Part shown: in pieces, positions 53,941 to 62,829 of the stretch | Position numbering within the stretch: position 1 is the stretch's first letter | Layout: every line of letters starts with the position of its first letter | Assembly (NCBI GenBank): GCA_964544395.1 | Contig: CAZJAO010000001.1 | Coordinates: forward strand, 41,185 to 105,184 | DNA length: 64,000 nucleotides | Direction: 5' to 3' | Origin: Candidatus Woesearchaeota archaeon | GTDB taxonomy: Archaea; Nanobdellota; Nanobdellia; Pacearchaeales; GW2011-AR1 | Translations under genes and position numbers: made by a program | Notes under the pieces: generated by a model | Database searches by the model: none | What the model saw: the letters and a program-made list of their open reading frames with translations, nothing else | What the model was told of the DNA's origin: nothing

Positions 53941-54903
53941 TTATCCCTTCCCCAAACCGGCTAAAACAAAACTTGCAAGAAGAGCCTGGAGTTGTATAAA
54001 AGGATCGCTTCCCTCGACAATTCTAAACTCGGCTTCGCCTGTTTTTTCGGTTAGCTTTACTTTTATTTCGGGTTCAACTGGAAGGTTCCAAATTTCTTTC
54101 TGGATGGATTTGATAACATCCTGTCCTGAAATAGATTCTTTGAGCATAATGTCCAAAAGCTTATCTCTTGACCTCTGAAAATCACCGGCAATTGCATAAT
54201 CAAGAACAATTTTGATGTCTTTTGGTTTTGTATTGGAGATAATTGTAGACACTAAATCAGCATTTATCGAAGGTGAAATGGCTGCTGTTGCCTGCAGGAG
54301 ATTTATGCATCGTCTGCAATCTCCTTCACAGCCCTCATAAAGCATTTCTACAACTTCAGGCGTGATTGAAAGTTTTTCCCTTTCAGCAATTTTTTGAATT
54401 ACTTTTTCAATATCTTTCTTTTCCAATAACTTGAATCTGAAAATAGCACAACGAGACTGAATCGGGTCTATAATCTTGCTAGAGTAATTGCATGAAAGAA
54501 TGAATCTGCACGTTGAAGAATAATTTTCCATGGTTCTCCTTAATGCTTGCTGGGCTTCCGGAGTAAGTGCATCAGCTTCATCCAAAAAGATTACCTTGAA
54601 TGGCACACTTCCCAAAGATTTTGTTCTTGCGAAATTCTTTACTTTGTCTCTTACAACATTAATTCCTCTTTCATCAGAAGCATTCAATTCAAGATAATTT
54701 TCTCTCCAGTCTTCCCTGAAGAGTTCCTTGACAACAATCAAAGCAAGAGTGGATTTTCCAGTTCCAGCAGGACCGGCAAATAATAAATGAGGAATATTAT
54801 TTGTTTTTGTAAGAGATTCTACTCTCTTGAGGGTATTATCCTGCCCAACCATTTCCGTAAACCTTGTAGGCCTATATTTTTCAGTCCAGATTTCGCTAAC
54901 CAT
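53941..54903 (-). CDS. rfcS: replication factor C small subunit
   Basis: WTEKYRP box, Walker A LLFAGPAGTGKST, DEAD Walker B (IFLDEAD), SRC-type motifs; 320 aa; start abuts the rfcL stop. Confidence 0.9.
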   Translation of the reverse strand: MVSEIWTEKYRPTRFTEMVGQDNTLKRVESLTKTNNIPHLLFAGPAGTGKSTLALIVVKELFREDWRENYLELNASDERGINVVRDKVKNFARTKSLGSVPFKVIFLDEADALTPEAQQALRRTMENYSSTCRFILSCNYSSKIIDPIQSRCAIFRFKLLEKKDIEKVIQKIAEREKLSITPEVVEMLYEGCEGDCRRCINLLQATAAISPSINADLVSTIISNTKPKDIKIVLDYAIAGDFQRSRDKLLDIMLKESISGQDVIKSIQKEIWNLPVEPEIKVKLTEKTGEAEFRIVEGSDPFIQLQALLASFVLAGLGKG

Positions 54904-54972
54904 TATATAACTTTTTAAAAGAAACTTATAAAGATTATTGTGTTAATTTACCCATCAGAAGTTCAACTACCA

Positions 54973-55089
54973 TTACTTGGCTCTTTCTCTCTTCATCTTA
55001 CGTTTTCGCTTCTCTTTTCTAAGCCTTTTTCTTTGCCATTTCCATCGCATTTGCCTTTTTTTCTTCCATCTACGGCTTGAACGTTTCAT
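54973..55089 (-). CDS. tiny extremely basic peptide (38 aa), L41e-like
   Basis: manual translation gives MKRSSRRWKKKRQMRWKWQRKRLRKEKRKRKMKRERAK; TATA-like TTTTATAAA ~28 nt upstream of the ATG (leaderless-like); no SD. Confidence 0.3.
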   Translation of the reverse strand: MKRSSRRWKKKRQMRWKWQRKRLRKEKRKRKMKRERAK

Positions 55090-55212
55090 TGTATAGATAG
55101 TTTTGAATTTTGGTTTATAAAAGTTTCCGTGTTTAAGGAATATTAAATATAATAAAAAATCCAGAAGAAATAAAGAAAAGAAAAATAAAAAGATAGTAAA
55201 ATAAAAAATAAT

Positions 55213-55587
55213 TTATCTCTTTATTCTGGTTGTTGTTGTTACCGAAGTACCTTTAGGCAATGAAGCTCTTCTCGATTTTCGCCTTACCGTTGAACGTCTT
55301 ACAGGCGAACGTCTACGTACCGAACTTCTTCCTCTAGCTCCTCGTGGCCCTGCAGGCCCTTGAATAACTCTTACTGACCCAGGAACGGCTAAACCTAGTA
55401 TTAGTAAAACAAAACCTATAATCGCAGAGGCATATGCCCATCCAGTAGGTACCGTTACACTAGCAGAGGCCGTGTTTGCATTTCCATTCCCTACAGCCGT
55501 TGCATTAATTTGTTGTAGCGGAACAAAATACAATAACCCTCCGATAACTAAGAAGATTACGCCAAATATCACCAAACTTGCTTTCAT
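55213..55587 (-). CDS. hypothetical membrane protein with Arg/Ser-rich basic C-terminal tail
   Basis: two TM helices then GPAGPRGARGRSSVRRRSPVRRSTVRRKSRRAS. Confidence 0.4.
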   Translation of the reverse strand: MKASLVIFGVIFLVIGGLLYFVPLQQINATAVGNGNANTASASVTVPTGWAYASAIIGFVLLILGLAVPGSVRVIQGPAGPRGARGRSSVRRRSPVRRSTVRRKSRRASLPKGTSVTTTTRIKR

Positions 55588-55625
55588 TTTTCCTCCTTTT
55601 TATATTTAATTATCTTGCTAAAAAA

Positions 55626-55817
55626 TTACTTAGATTTTTTTGTTGCGTGAGCTATCACAGATACTAAGAATAATATTACAAAGATTAAGGCTAGCCATTT
55701 GGCTATTGTAAGCGAAACTCCAGATATCAATCCAAATCCCAATATTCCTGCAACTAGAGCAACTATTAAGAATACTATCGCCCAAACCAACCAACCGGAT
55801 AAACCTCTTTTGTTCAT
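55626..55817 (-). CDS. hypothetical small 2-TM membrane protein
   Basis: 63 aa, two hydrophobic helices. Confidence 0.3.
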   Translation of the reverse strand: MNKRGLSGWLVWAIVFLIVALVAGILGFGLISGVSLTIAKWLALIFVILFLVSVIAHATKKSK

Positions 55818-55891
55818 TTTCCTTATCTAATTATGACTATTCAGATATATAAATCTTTGGTGAAATAGGTAAATATTCATATATATTTTTT

Positions 55892-56512
55892 CTATTTTTT
55901 CTTTCGACGATTTTTCCTAGGCCATAGAAAAAAATTCAAGATTATAGCAGTAACGCCGACCATGATGAAACTAATCAAAAACCATACAATAGAATAAGGT
56001 ATTCCAAAATTTATATTCATGCAGGGGTGAAATACGCAATCCACATTAAGTGCAGGTAATGAAAGAGTCATGACCGCAATGAAAATTATAACTAATTCAA
56101 GAAGGCTCCATTTCCATGCATCTTTTCTTTTCACACCTATTAAGGTCAAAGCATAGATCGACAAAGGAACAAGATAAAGATGCTGCAAGCTTATAAAATT
56201 GCCAAGAATTGAGGGAGTAGTGGAAAAGAAATAATTAGTTATTCCCCATAGTGGTCCTTTAAAAATTATCCAATGAAAAAAATCTATATCCCAGATCATA
56301 ATAGGAATCGTAAGCAGATAAACCTGACTAAGAATAATGGAACTTCTTTTTGTTAACATACCTATTCCAATTAAAATAAGACCAACATAGCATGCGTAAA
56401 GAATTTGGGAGGGATTATTATTATACAAAGAGAATATAATTGCAAATATTCCTAAAAGGATAAAATAGATTCCAAGTACAATCAAAAATATACTTTTAGT
56501 CCCCTCTTTCAT
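55892..56512 (-). CDS. hypothetical polytopic membrane protein
   Basis: six predicted TM helices, basic C-terminus RKNRRKKK. Confidence 0.45.
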   Translation of the reverse strand: MKEGTKSIFLIVLGIYFILLGIFAIIFSLYNNNPSQILYACYVGLILIGIGMLTKRSSIILSQVYLLTIPIMIWDIDFFHWIIFKGPLWGITNYFFSTTPSILGNFISLQHLYLVPLSIYALTLIGVKRKDAWKWSLLELVIIFIAVMTLSLPALNVDCVFHPCMNINFGIPYSIVWFLISFIMVGVTAIILNFFLWPRKNRRKKK

Positions 56513-56550
56513 ATTTGGATTAAAAGTTTATTTACATTTAATTACTTTGC

Positions 56551-56991
56551 TTATTTCATCTTGGAATAAGTTCCAATTAAAATTGCTTTATCAATAACAT
56601 GCACTTTTATCGCTTTTTCAAGATCATTTTTTTTTGAGCCCCTAGGTAAATTAAGTTCGATATCTAAAGCAAATAACTTAAACGCGTATCTATGTTCTCC
56701 CGAATGAGGACATGGTCCGCCATAACCTACATTTCCAAAGTCATTCAGTCCTTCTCTTGCTCCTTTTGGCATGGAATTTTCTTTTATGCTTTTAGTATTT
56801 GGGGAGATATTCCATAATATCCAATGTGCAAATATCTTTGAGGGAGAATCAGGGTCGTCAACAATCAGAACCAGACTTTTTGCATTTTTAGGAACATCGA
56901 TAAAATCCAAGGTAGGATTCACGTCAGTTCCGTCACAGGTATATCTCGAAGGAATTCTTTCACCATCGTTAAATACGCCCTTTATTTTCAT
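56551..56991 (-). CDS. PEBP/YbhB/YbcL-family (Raf-kinase-inhibitor-like) protein
   Basis: LVLIVDDPDSPS...FAHWILWNI...GYGGPCPHSGEHRYAFKLFALD matches PEBP signatures. Confidence 0.85.
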   Translation of the reverse strand: MKIKGVFNDGERIPSRYTCDGTDVNPTLDFIDVPKNAKSLVLIVDDPDSPSKIFAHWILWNISPNTKSIKENSMPKGAREGLNDFGNVGYGGPCPHSGEHRYAFKLFALDIELNLPRGSKKNDLEKAIKVHVIDKAILIGTYSKMK

Positions 56992-57027
56992 TTAGTAAAG
57001 AATCAGTTATAATTCTTAAAATTATCG

Positions 57028-57945
57028 ATGCAAAACCTTAATAAATTCGGTCTGCAATTTTTAGATATGGAACACATTGATTTTCGGGACCAAATCTCAA
57101 GAAACAAGAGAAAGTCTTTCTTCCTTATGTTTTCAATTTTCATAGTTATCATTTTATTAGGTTATGTAATCTCTCTGGCTTTTGATCCGGGTTATTTCTT
57201 CTTCATAATGATAATAGCAATAATCTTCTCTCTATTTTATCTAAGTGTAAATTATTACAATTCAGACAAAATTGCGCTCTCCAGTGTGGGTGCAAAAGAA
57301 GCAGACAAGGAAAAAAATAAGCAATTCTACGATGTTGTTGAATCACTGACAATAGCCAGCGGACTACCAATGCCGAAACTTTACATCATGGAATCTCCTC
57401 AGATAAATGCATTTGCTTCTGGTCGTGATCCAGGACATGCAGTTATATGTGTAACACGCGGTTCTTTGGATAAATTGGATAAAAAAGAGTTAGAGGGAGT
57501 TTTAGCTCATGAATTATCTCATGTCGCAAATTATGATATAAGATACATGACTCTCGCAACAGTCATGGTTGGGATAATTTCCATAATATCCGAAATATTC
57601 TTGAGGAGTTTATGGTTCAAAGGCAATGACAGCAACAATAAAAATGGGGGCATATTCCTTCTGATAGGAATAGTCCTCGCAATAATCGCTCCGATTATCG
57701 TATGGCTCGTCCAATTAGCAATCTCACGAAAAAGAGAATACACCGCCGATGCATCAGCTGTAGAATTCACACGTTATCCAAAAGGCTTGATTGAGGCACT
57801 TAAAAAAATTCAAAAGGAAAATGAACCAGAAAAGAAAATCCCAAAAGCCGTGGCTCCTTTATTTTTTTCAAATCCCTTAAGAGCTAACTTAGCATCAACT
57901 CATCCTCCAATAGAGAAAAGAATAGAAGTTTTAGAAAGAATGTAA
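57028..57945 (+). CDS. htpX: M48-family zinc metalloprotease (HtpX-like), membrane bound
   Basis: HEXXH in VLAHELSHVANYD, N-terminal and internal TM helices, downstream Glu-containing motif. Confidence 0.85.
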   Translation: MQNLNKFGLQFLDMEHIDFRDQISRNKRKSFFLMFSIFIVIILLGYVISLAFDPGYFFFIMIIAIIFSLFYLSVNYYNSDKIALSSVGAKEADKEKNKQFYDVVESLTIASGLPMPKLYIMESPQINAFASGRDPGHAVICVTRGSLDKLDKKELEGVLAHELSHVANYDIRYMTLATVMVGIISIISEIFLRSLWFKGNDSNNKNGGIFLLIGIVLAIIAPIIVWLVQLAISRKREYTADASAVEFTRYPKGLIEALKKIQKENEPEKKIPKAVAPLFFSNPLRANLASTHPPIEKRIEVLERM

Positions 57946-57980
57946 ATTAGATTTATAAAGTTCTGTTGATTATTTGGCTA

Positions 57981-58778
57981 ATGGGTTTTATTAGGGGTTT
58001 GCTGGTAGTGTTTATTTCAATTGTTCTTATTTTATCAGTATTAGCTTCAAGCATTTTCTTTACAATTTCTTCATCCTTGGATTACAAAAATGTTCAGGGG
58101 CCGGAGATTAATGCTCTTCAGCCCATAATCGCGCAGTTAAACTTAGTGGAAATAATAAATTCGAAATCAAGTTATATAGTTGAATATTGCAAGACAAATT
58201 CAGATTTTGTTTATAACTATCAGAATTATACTCTTCATTTCCCTTGTCAAGATGCCAATAATACCTCGCTGATTCTGAATGATACCATAAATAATTTTGT
58301 AAGCGATTCTTATCATCAGCATTTTGACTGCGGTTATTGGGACTGTTTTGAAAAGTATTCTCCAGAGGCATTTTTGATTTCTGAAAAATCGCATGATTAT
58401 TGGTCTAATCTATTTTATATCGCTTTAGCTGCTGCAGTTGTTTCCGGAGTAGCATTAATTTTCCTATTCAAAAAGAAATATGATTTGTTATTTTTATTAG
58501 GAGTAGCATTAATTCTCTCTGCATTTTTAATCTCGGGAATTGGGAAACTGATTACTAGTTTAGCTAATCAACTACTTTCGAGTTTTAGTTCAATCTTCTT
58601 TTCGCAGATAAATTCTGTGTTCTGGAAATTGATAATTGCGGGGGGGATATTGATAATTGCGGGATTGGTAGTAGAGCTTTTTAGAGTTGGATTTAAAATC
58701 TATGATATGTTCTCGCGATTCAGAAAGGGAGGAGAAGACGCCCGTAAAGTAAAGCAGCCTCAAAAGAAAAAGAAATGA
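57981..58778 (+). CDS. hypothetical membrane protein
   Basis: N-terminal TM, Cys-containing extracellular segment, three C-terminal TM helices, basic tail; the ORF-track start at 57966 is TTG, the ATG at 57981 is used. Confidence 0.4.
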   Translation: MGFIRGLLVVFISIVLILSVLASSIFFTISSSLDYKNVQGPEINALQPIIAQLNLVEIINSKSSYIVEYCKTNSDFVYNYQNYTLHFPCQDANNTSLILNDTINNFVSDSYHQHFDCGYWDCFEKYSPEAFLISEKSHDYWSNLFYIALAAAVVSGVALIFLFKKKYDLLFLLGVALILSAFLISGIGKLITSLANQLLSSFSSIFFSQINSVFWKLIIAGGILIIAGLVVELFRVGFKIYDMFSRFRKGGEDARKVKQPQKKKK

Positions 58779-59230
58779 AATCTGTTTTCATAGAAGAAGA
58801 TAATTTTGATAAGGCAAGGAAAAAAATAAGAGAGAATCAAAATACCGAAATAATCTTTTCCAGCAATGATGATGAGACAAGAAGGAAGGTAACTGAAAAA
58901 GAGCCTGTCAAAATTCTCCTGATAAAACAGCGAGGAAGGAGAGATAGGTCTAAGCAGAGAGATTCTGGATTTAATTCAGTGATAGCAAAGATAGCAAAAA
59001 AGAAAGGCATAGAAATCGGTATATATCTTGACGAACTATTGGATTGCAAGGGAAAAGAAAAAGCAGAAGTCTTATCACGAATAGAACAAAATGTTAAGAT
59101 TTGCAAAAAAGAGAAGTTGAAAATGAAATTTATAGCATGGGGAGAGAAGAGCAGAAGAGATGAGTATGATTTGAAAGCTCTCGGCCTTGCCCTAGGAATG
59201 CCGACCTGGATGTCGGTGGATGCGGGATAG
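58775..59230 (+). CDS. possible RNase P protein subunit Rpp30/Rnp3-like (short form)
   Basis: C-terminal half ...IAKIAKKKGIEIGIYLDELL...KICKKEKLKMKFIAWGEKSRRDEYDLKALGLALGMP resembles the conserved C-terminal region of archaeal Rpp30 (from memory; unverified); 151 aa is short for the family. Confidence 0.35.
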   Translation: MKSVFIEEDNFDKARKKIRENQNTEIIFSSNDDETRRKVTEKEPVKILLIKQRGRRDRSKQRDSGFNSVIAKIAKKKGIEIGIYLDELLDCKGKEKAEVLSRIEQNVKICKKEKLKMKFIAWGEKSRRDEYDLKALGLALGMPTWMSVDAG

Positions 59231-59251
59231 AAAACCCGCAGGAGGTTTTCA
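59222..59251 (+). promoter_or_regulatory. copy 2 of the conserved SD-sequestering leader hairpin
   Basis: tgcgggatagaaaacccgcaggaggttttca-ATG; stem gaaaacc/ggttttc (7 bp, i.e. the copy-1 stem plus one compensatory A-T pair) with loop cgcagga; begins at the stop codon of the upstream gene. Confidence 0.6.
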
Positions 59252-59281
59252 ATGCGTACTTCAGCAATAAAAGATTTATAA
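59252..59281 (+). CDS. 9-codon upstream ORF (MRTSAIKDL) between the leader hairpin and pheS
   Basis: ATG 6 nt after AGGAGG; stop TAA 25 nt before the pheS ATG; pheS itself lacks an SD. Confidence 0.35.
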   Translation: MRTSAIKDL

Positions 59282-59306
59282 AATAATAACCTTTTTAACA
59301 TTCAAG

Positions 59307-60824
59307 ATGGATGTAAAAAGAATTTTGCAATCTTTAAGTCCGAATGAACTTAAAGTTCTGCCATATATTGAAGAAAAGGATATAGTAGTCGTCTGCAAGA
59401 AATCTAATTTAGATAAAACATCAGTAATCAGAGCTCTCGAATTTCTAAAAAACAAGAATCTAGTTGATTTATCATATAATAAGGAAAAAACAATTGATTT
59501 GGGTATCAATGGCATTCTATACAAGAGAAAAGGGCTTCCAGAAAGGAGATTGCTAAATCTTCTTGAAGAAAAGAGAATTATCACTCTAGAAGAAGCATTA
59601 AAACAAAGCAGATTATCTGAGGATGAATTTCGTGCTTCAATAGGGAGCTTAAAGAAAAAATCACTTATTGATATAAAGAACGGGAGAATTATCCTGAATT
59701 TTGGGGACCATGAAATCGCAAGAAAAATGCCGGAAGAAGTGTTCATAGAATCATTGCCCCTGAATCTAGATTCTTTACCTAAAGAGGAACATGAAACTTT
59801 TAAGGAATTGCAAAAAAGGCGAAATATAATAAAAATTACAGAAGAGAATCATATCAAAATAAAAGCGACTGAAAAAGGAAAAGAAATAATAAATTCAAGG
59901 ATAAAATCAGAAAGCCTGATTGAACAATTAACGCCAGATATTATCAAGTCTGAAAAATTATGGAAAGGAAAGAGATTCCGAACCTATGATGTTCTTTCAT
60001 CTGTTTCTAATATAAATGGGGGGAAAAGGCATTTTGTGAATCAGGCCGCGGATTACGCAAGAAGAGTATGGACCGATATGGGTTTCAAAGAGATGAGTGG
60101 AAACATGGTGGTCAGTTCATTCTGGAATTTTGATGCACTCTTTCAGCCTCAGGACCATCCAGCAAGAGAATTGGCAGACACCTTCTTCATTAATAAAAAA
60201 TCTTCTTTGCCAGAAAAAGAACTTGTAAAAAAAGTAAAAGAAAGTCATGAAAGAGGAATGGATAACAGCAAAGGATGGCAGTATCAATGGAGTGAAGAAG
60301 AAGCAAAAAGGTCAGTTCTGCGAACTCATACAACATCTCTCTCTGCTCAAACTTTATCACAGCTAAAAACAAAAGATTTGCCTCAGAAATTCTTCGCGCT
60401 TGGAAAATGTTTCAGAAATGAAACCGTTGATTGGTCTCATGGATTTGAATTTAATCAGACAGAAGGAATTGTCATAGATAAAAATGCAAATTTCAGGCAC
60501 CTTCTCGGTTATTTGAAGCAATTCTTTACAAAAATGGGTTTTGAAAAAATACGATTCAGACCAAGCTATTTCCCTTATACAGAGCCAAGTGTTGAAATAG
60601 ATGTCTGGCATCCAGAAAGAAAGATATGGGTTGAATTGGGTGGTGCAGGAATGTTCAGGCCGGAAGTTACAATTCCTTTGCTTGGTGAAAATATCCCTGT
60701 ATTGGCTTGGGGTCCCGGATTTGACAGAATGATAATGAATTATTATGGAATAAAGGACTTGAGAGAAGTATACAAGAATGATTTAGAAATGCTAAGAAAT
60801 ATAAAATTCTGGATGAAGACATAA
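59307..60824 (+). CDS. pheS: phenylalanyl-tRNA synthetase alpha subunit (archaeal/eukaryal type)
   Basis: class II motifs: motif 1 region (FQPQDHPARE), motif 2 (FRNE), motif 3 (GAGMFRPEV); N-terminal wHTH repeats; 505 aa. Confidence 0.9.
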   Translation: MDVKRILQSLSPNELKVLPYIEEKDIVVVCKKSNLDKTSVIRALEFLKNKNLVDLSYNKEKTIDLGINGILYKRKGLPERRLLNLLEEKRIITLEEALKQSRLSEDEFRASIGSLKKKSLIDIKNGRIILNFGDHEIARKMPEEVFIESLPLNLDSLPKEEHETFKELQKRRNIIKITEENHIKIKATEKGKEIINSRIKSESLIEQLTPDIIKSEKLWKGKRFRTYDVLSSVSNINGGKRHFVNQAADYARRVWTDMGFKEMSGNMVVSSFWNFDALFQPQDHPARELADTFFINKKSSLPEKELVKKVKESHERGMDNSKGWQYQWSEEEAKRSVLRTHTTSLSAQTLSQLKTKDLPQKFFALGKCFRNETVDWSHGFEFNQTEGIVIDKNANFRHLLGYLKQFFTKMGFEKIRFRPSYFPYTEPSVEIDVWHPERKIWVELGGAGMFRPEVTIPLLGENIPVLAWGPGFDRMIMNYYGIKDLREVYKNDLEMLRNIKFWMKT

Positions 60825-61210
60825 TGACCGAAAATTGTTTATTTTGCAAAATCGTGAAGGGGGAAATTCCTGCAATAAAAATCTGGGAAGATAAAAACCA
60901 TATTGCTTTCTTAGATATGAAACCTATAAACCCCGGACATTTATTAGTAATACCAAAAAATCATAAAGATTATGTTTTCGACTTAAGTGATAAGGATTAT
61001 TCTAAATTAATGTTAAAGGCTAAAGAAATTGCAAAAGATCTGAAAAGCAAGATGAAATCAAAAAGAATTGGCCTAATTGTAGAAGGTTTTGGAGTTCCGC
61101 ACGCACATGTTCACCTCATTCCAATTAATGAGATGCATGAATTAAATCCTGAGAGGGCAAAAATATCAAGCAATGAAGAGCTTGAAAAAATCGCGAAATT
61201 ATGGCAATAG
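60824..61210 (+). CDS. HIT-family (histidine triad) nucleotide hydrolase
   Basis: NPGHLLVIPKNH and the triad HAHVHLIP; start overlaps the pheS stop (ATAATG). Confidence 0.85.
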   Translation: MTENCLFCKIVKGEIPAIKIWEDKNHIAFLDMKPINPGHLLVIPKNHKDYVFDLSDKDYSKLMLKAKEIAKDLKSKMKSKRIGLIVEGFGVPHAHVHLIPINEMHELNPERAKISSNEELEKIAKLWQ

Positions 61211-62829
61211 TTTCAATCAATCGAAATCAATTTGAGAAAGAAATTGGAAAAATTGATGAGAAAATGGAAGAAAAGATTGCGCTTTTAGGAACACCTATAG
61301 ACAAACTGACAAAAGATGAATTACAGATTGAAGTCTTCCCAAATCGCCCAGACTTATTGTCTTATCATGGATTCAAGAGAGCATTTATGGCATTCCTTGA
61401 GAAAAATGAGGGAATGAAGAAGTATAAAATATCAAAGTCAAATTACAAGGTAATTATAGACAATTCCTTAAAAGAAATACGTCCTTACACTGCTTGTGCA
61501 GTGATCAAGGGAGTTAAGCTTGATTCAGAAAGAATAAAAGAACTTATTGAAATTCAGGAAAAGTTGCATGCTACTCTTGGACGAAAGAGGAAGAAACTTG
61601 CAATTGGGATTTATCCCGTAGATAAGATAAAATTCCCAATCTATTTTAAGGCTCTTGAGCCGGATAAAATAAAATTCAGGCCGCTTGATTCTGACCGGGA
61701 GATGTCTGGGTTGGAAATATTGCAAAGGCACCAAACAGGAAAGGAATATGCACATCTTCTCGCAGGAAAAGCAAGGTTCCCTGTTTTCATGGATTCTCAA
61801 GGCAAAGTGCTGAGCATGCCTCCGGTGATAAACTCGCATGATACAGGAAGAATAACAGAAAAAACAAAGGATATGTTCATTGAATGCTCGGGTTTCAATC
61901 TCGAAATTTTGAACAAATGCTTGAATATCTTAGTTTCTATTTTATCAGACATGGGCGGAGAGATATTTGAAATTGAAACAGAATATGGCCGTGAAAAAAA
62001 GATAACGCCAAATTTTGAAGCAGAAAAGATGGAAATCAATCCTGAAAAAGTAAATCAGATTCTCGGATTGAATTTGACAGAAAAAGATATAAGAAAATTG
62101 CTTGAAAAAATGGGTTTTGATTGCAACAAGAATATTGTTGAAATACCCCCCTGGAGGATAGATATCCTTCATGAAGTAGATATTATAGAGGATATTGCCA
62201 TAGCATATGGTTATGATAAATTCATCCCGGAAATTCCTGAAATCTCAACTATAGGTCAGGAAAATCCAAGAGAGACTATAAAACGAAAAGTGTCGGAGAT
62301 TTTAACCGGTCTTAATATACTCGAAGTCTCAAATTATCATCTGACAACAGCAAAAGACCAATATGAAAAAATGGGACTTAAAGAAGAGGGGGTTATAGAA
62401 GTAGAAAATTCAAAGACAGATTACAATATTCTCCGAAACAGTCTGACTCCTTATCTTCTAAAAATATTCTCAGAGAATGTGAACAATGAATTCCCACAAA
62501 GAATCTTTGAAATTGGGAAAATATTTTCCTTGAAAGATAACAATCCATCTGAAAAAGAAAATTTAAGTCTGGCTATAGCTCCCGGAAATTTCACCGAAGC
62601 AAAGCAAATCTTGAATTATTTATTTAGAATGATGGATTTAGAAATAAGACTGGAAGAGCCTAAAGAAAGTCCAAGTTATTTCATTCAGGGAAGAATTGCA
62701 GAGATAATGCTGAAAGATAAAAAAATTGGTTTCATGGGAGAAATCCATCCGAAAATTTTAAGAAATTGGAAAATAAGAATGCCTGTCGCATTATTTGAAA
62801 TTGATTTTGAAGAAATATTAAAAGACTAA
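61201..62829 (+). CDS. pheT: phenylalanyl-tRNA synthetase beta subunit (archaeal type)
   Basis: 542 aa, B3/B4 and B5-like regions and a C-terminal class-II-like fold, typical of archaeal PheT; overlaps the HIT gene end by 10 nt (operon pheS-HIT-pheT). Confidence 0.85.
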   Translation: MAIVSINRNQFEKEIGKIDEKMEEKIALLGTPIDKLTKDELQIEVFPNRPDLLSYHGFKRAFMAFLEKNEGMKKYKISKSNYKVIIDNSLKEIRPYTACAVIKGVKLDSERIKELIEIQEKLHATLGRKRKKLAIGIYPVDKIKFPIYFKALEPDKIKFRPLDSDREMSGLEILQRHQTGKEYAHLLAGKARFPVFMDSQGKVLSMPPVINSHDTGRITEKTKDMFIECSGFNLEILNKCLNILVSILSDMGGEIFEIETEYGREKKITPNFEAEKMEINPEKVNQILGLNLTEKDIRKLLEKMGFDCNKNIVEIPPWRIDILHEVDIIEDIAIAYGYDKFIPEIPEISTIGQENPRETIKRKVSEILTGLNILEVSNYHLTTAKDQYEKMGLKEEGVIEVENSKTDYNILRNSLTPYLLKIFSENVNNEFPQRIFEIGKIFSLKDNNPSEKENLSLAIAPGNFTEAKQILNYLFRMMDLEIRLEEPKESPSYFIQGRIAEIMLKDKKIGFMGEIHPKILRNWKIRMPVALFEIDFEEILKD

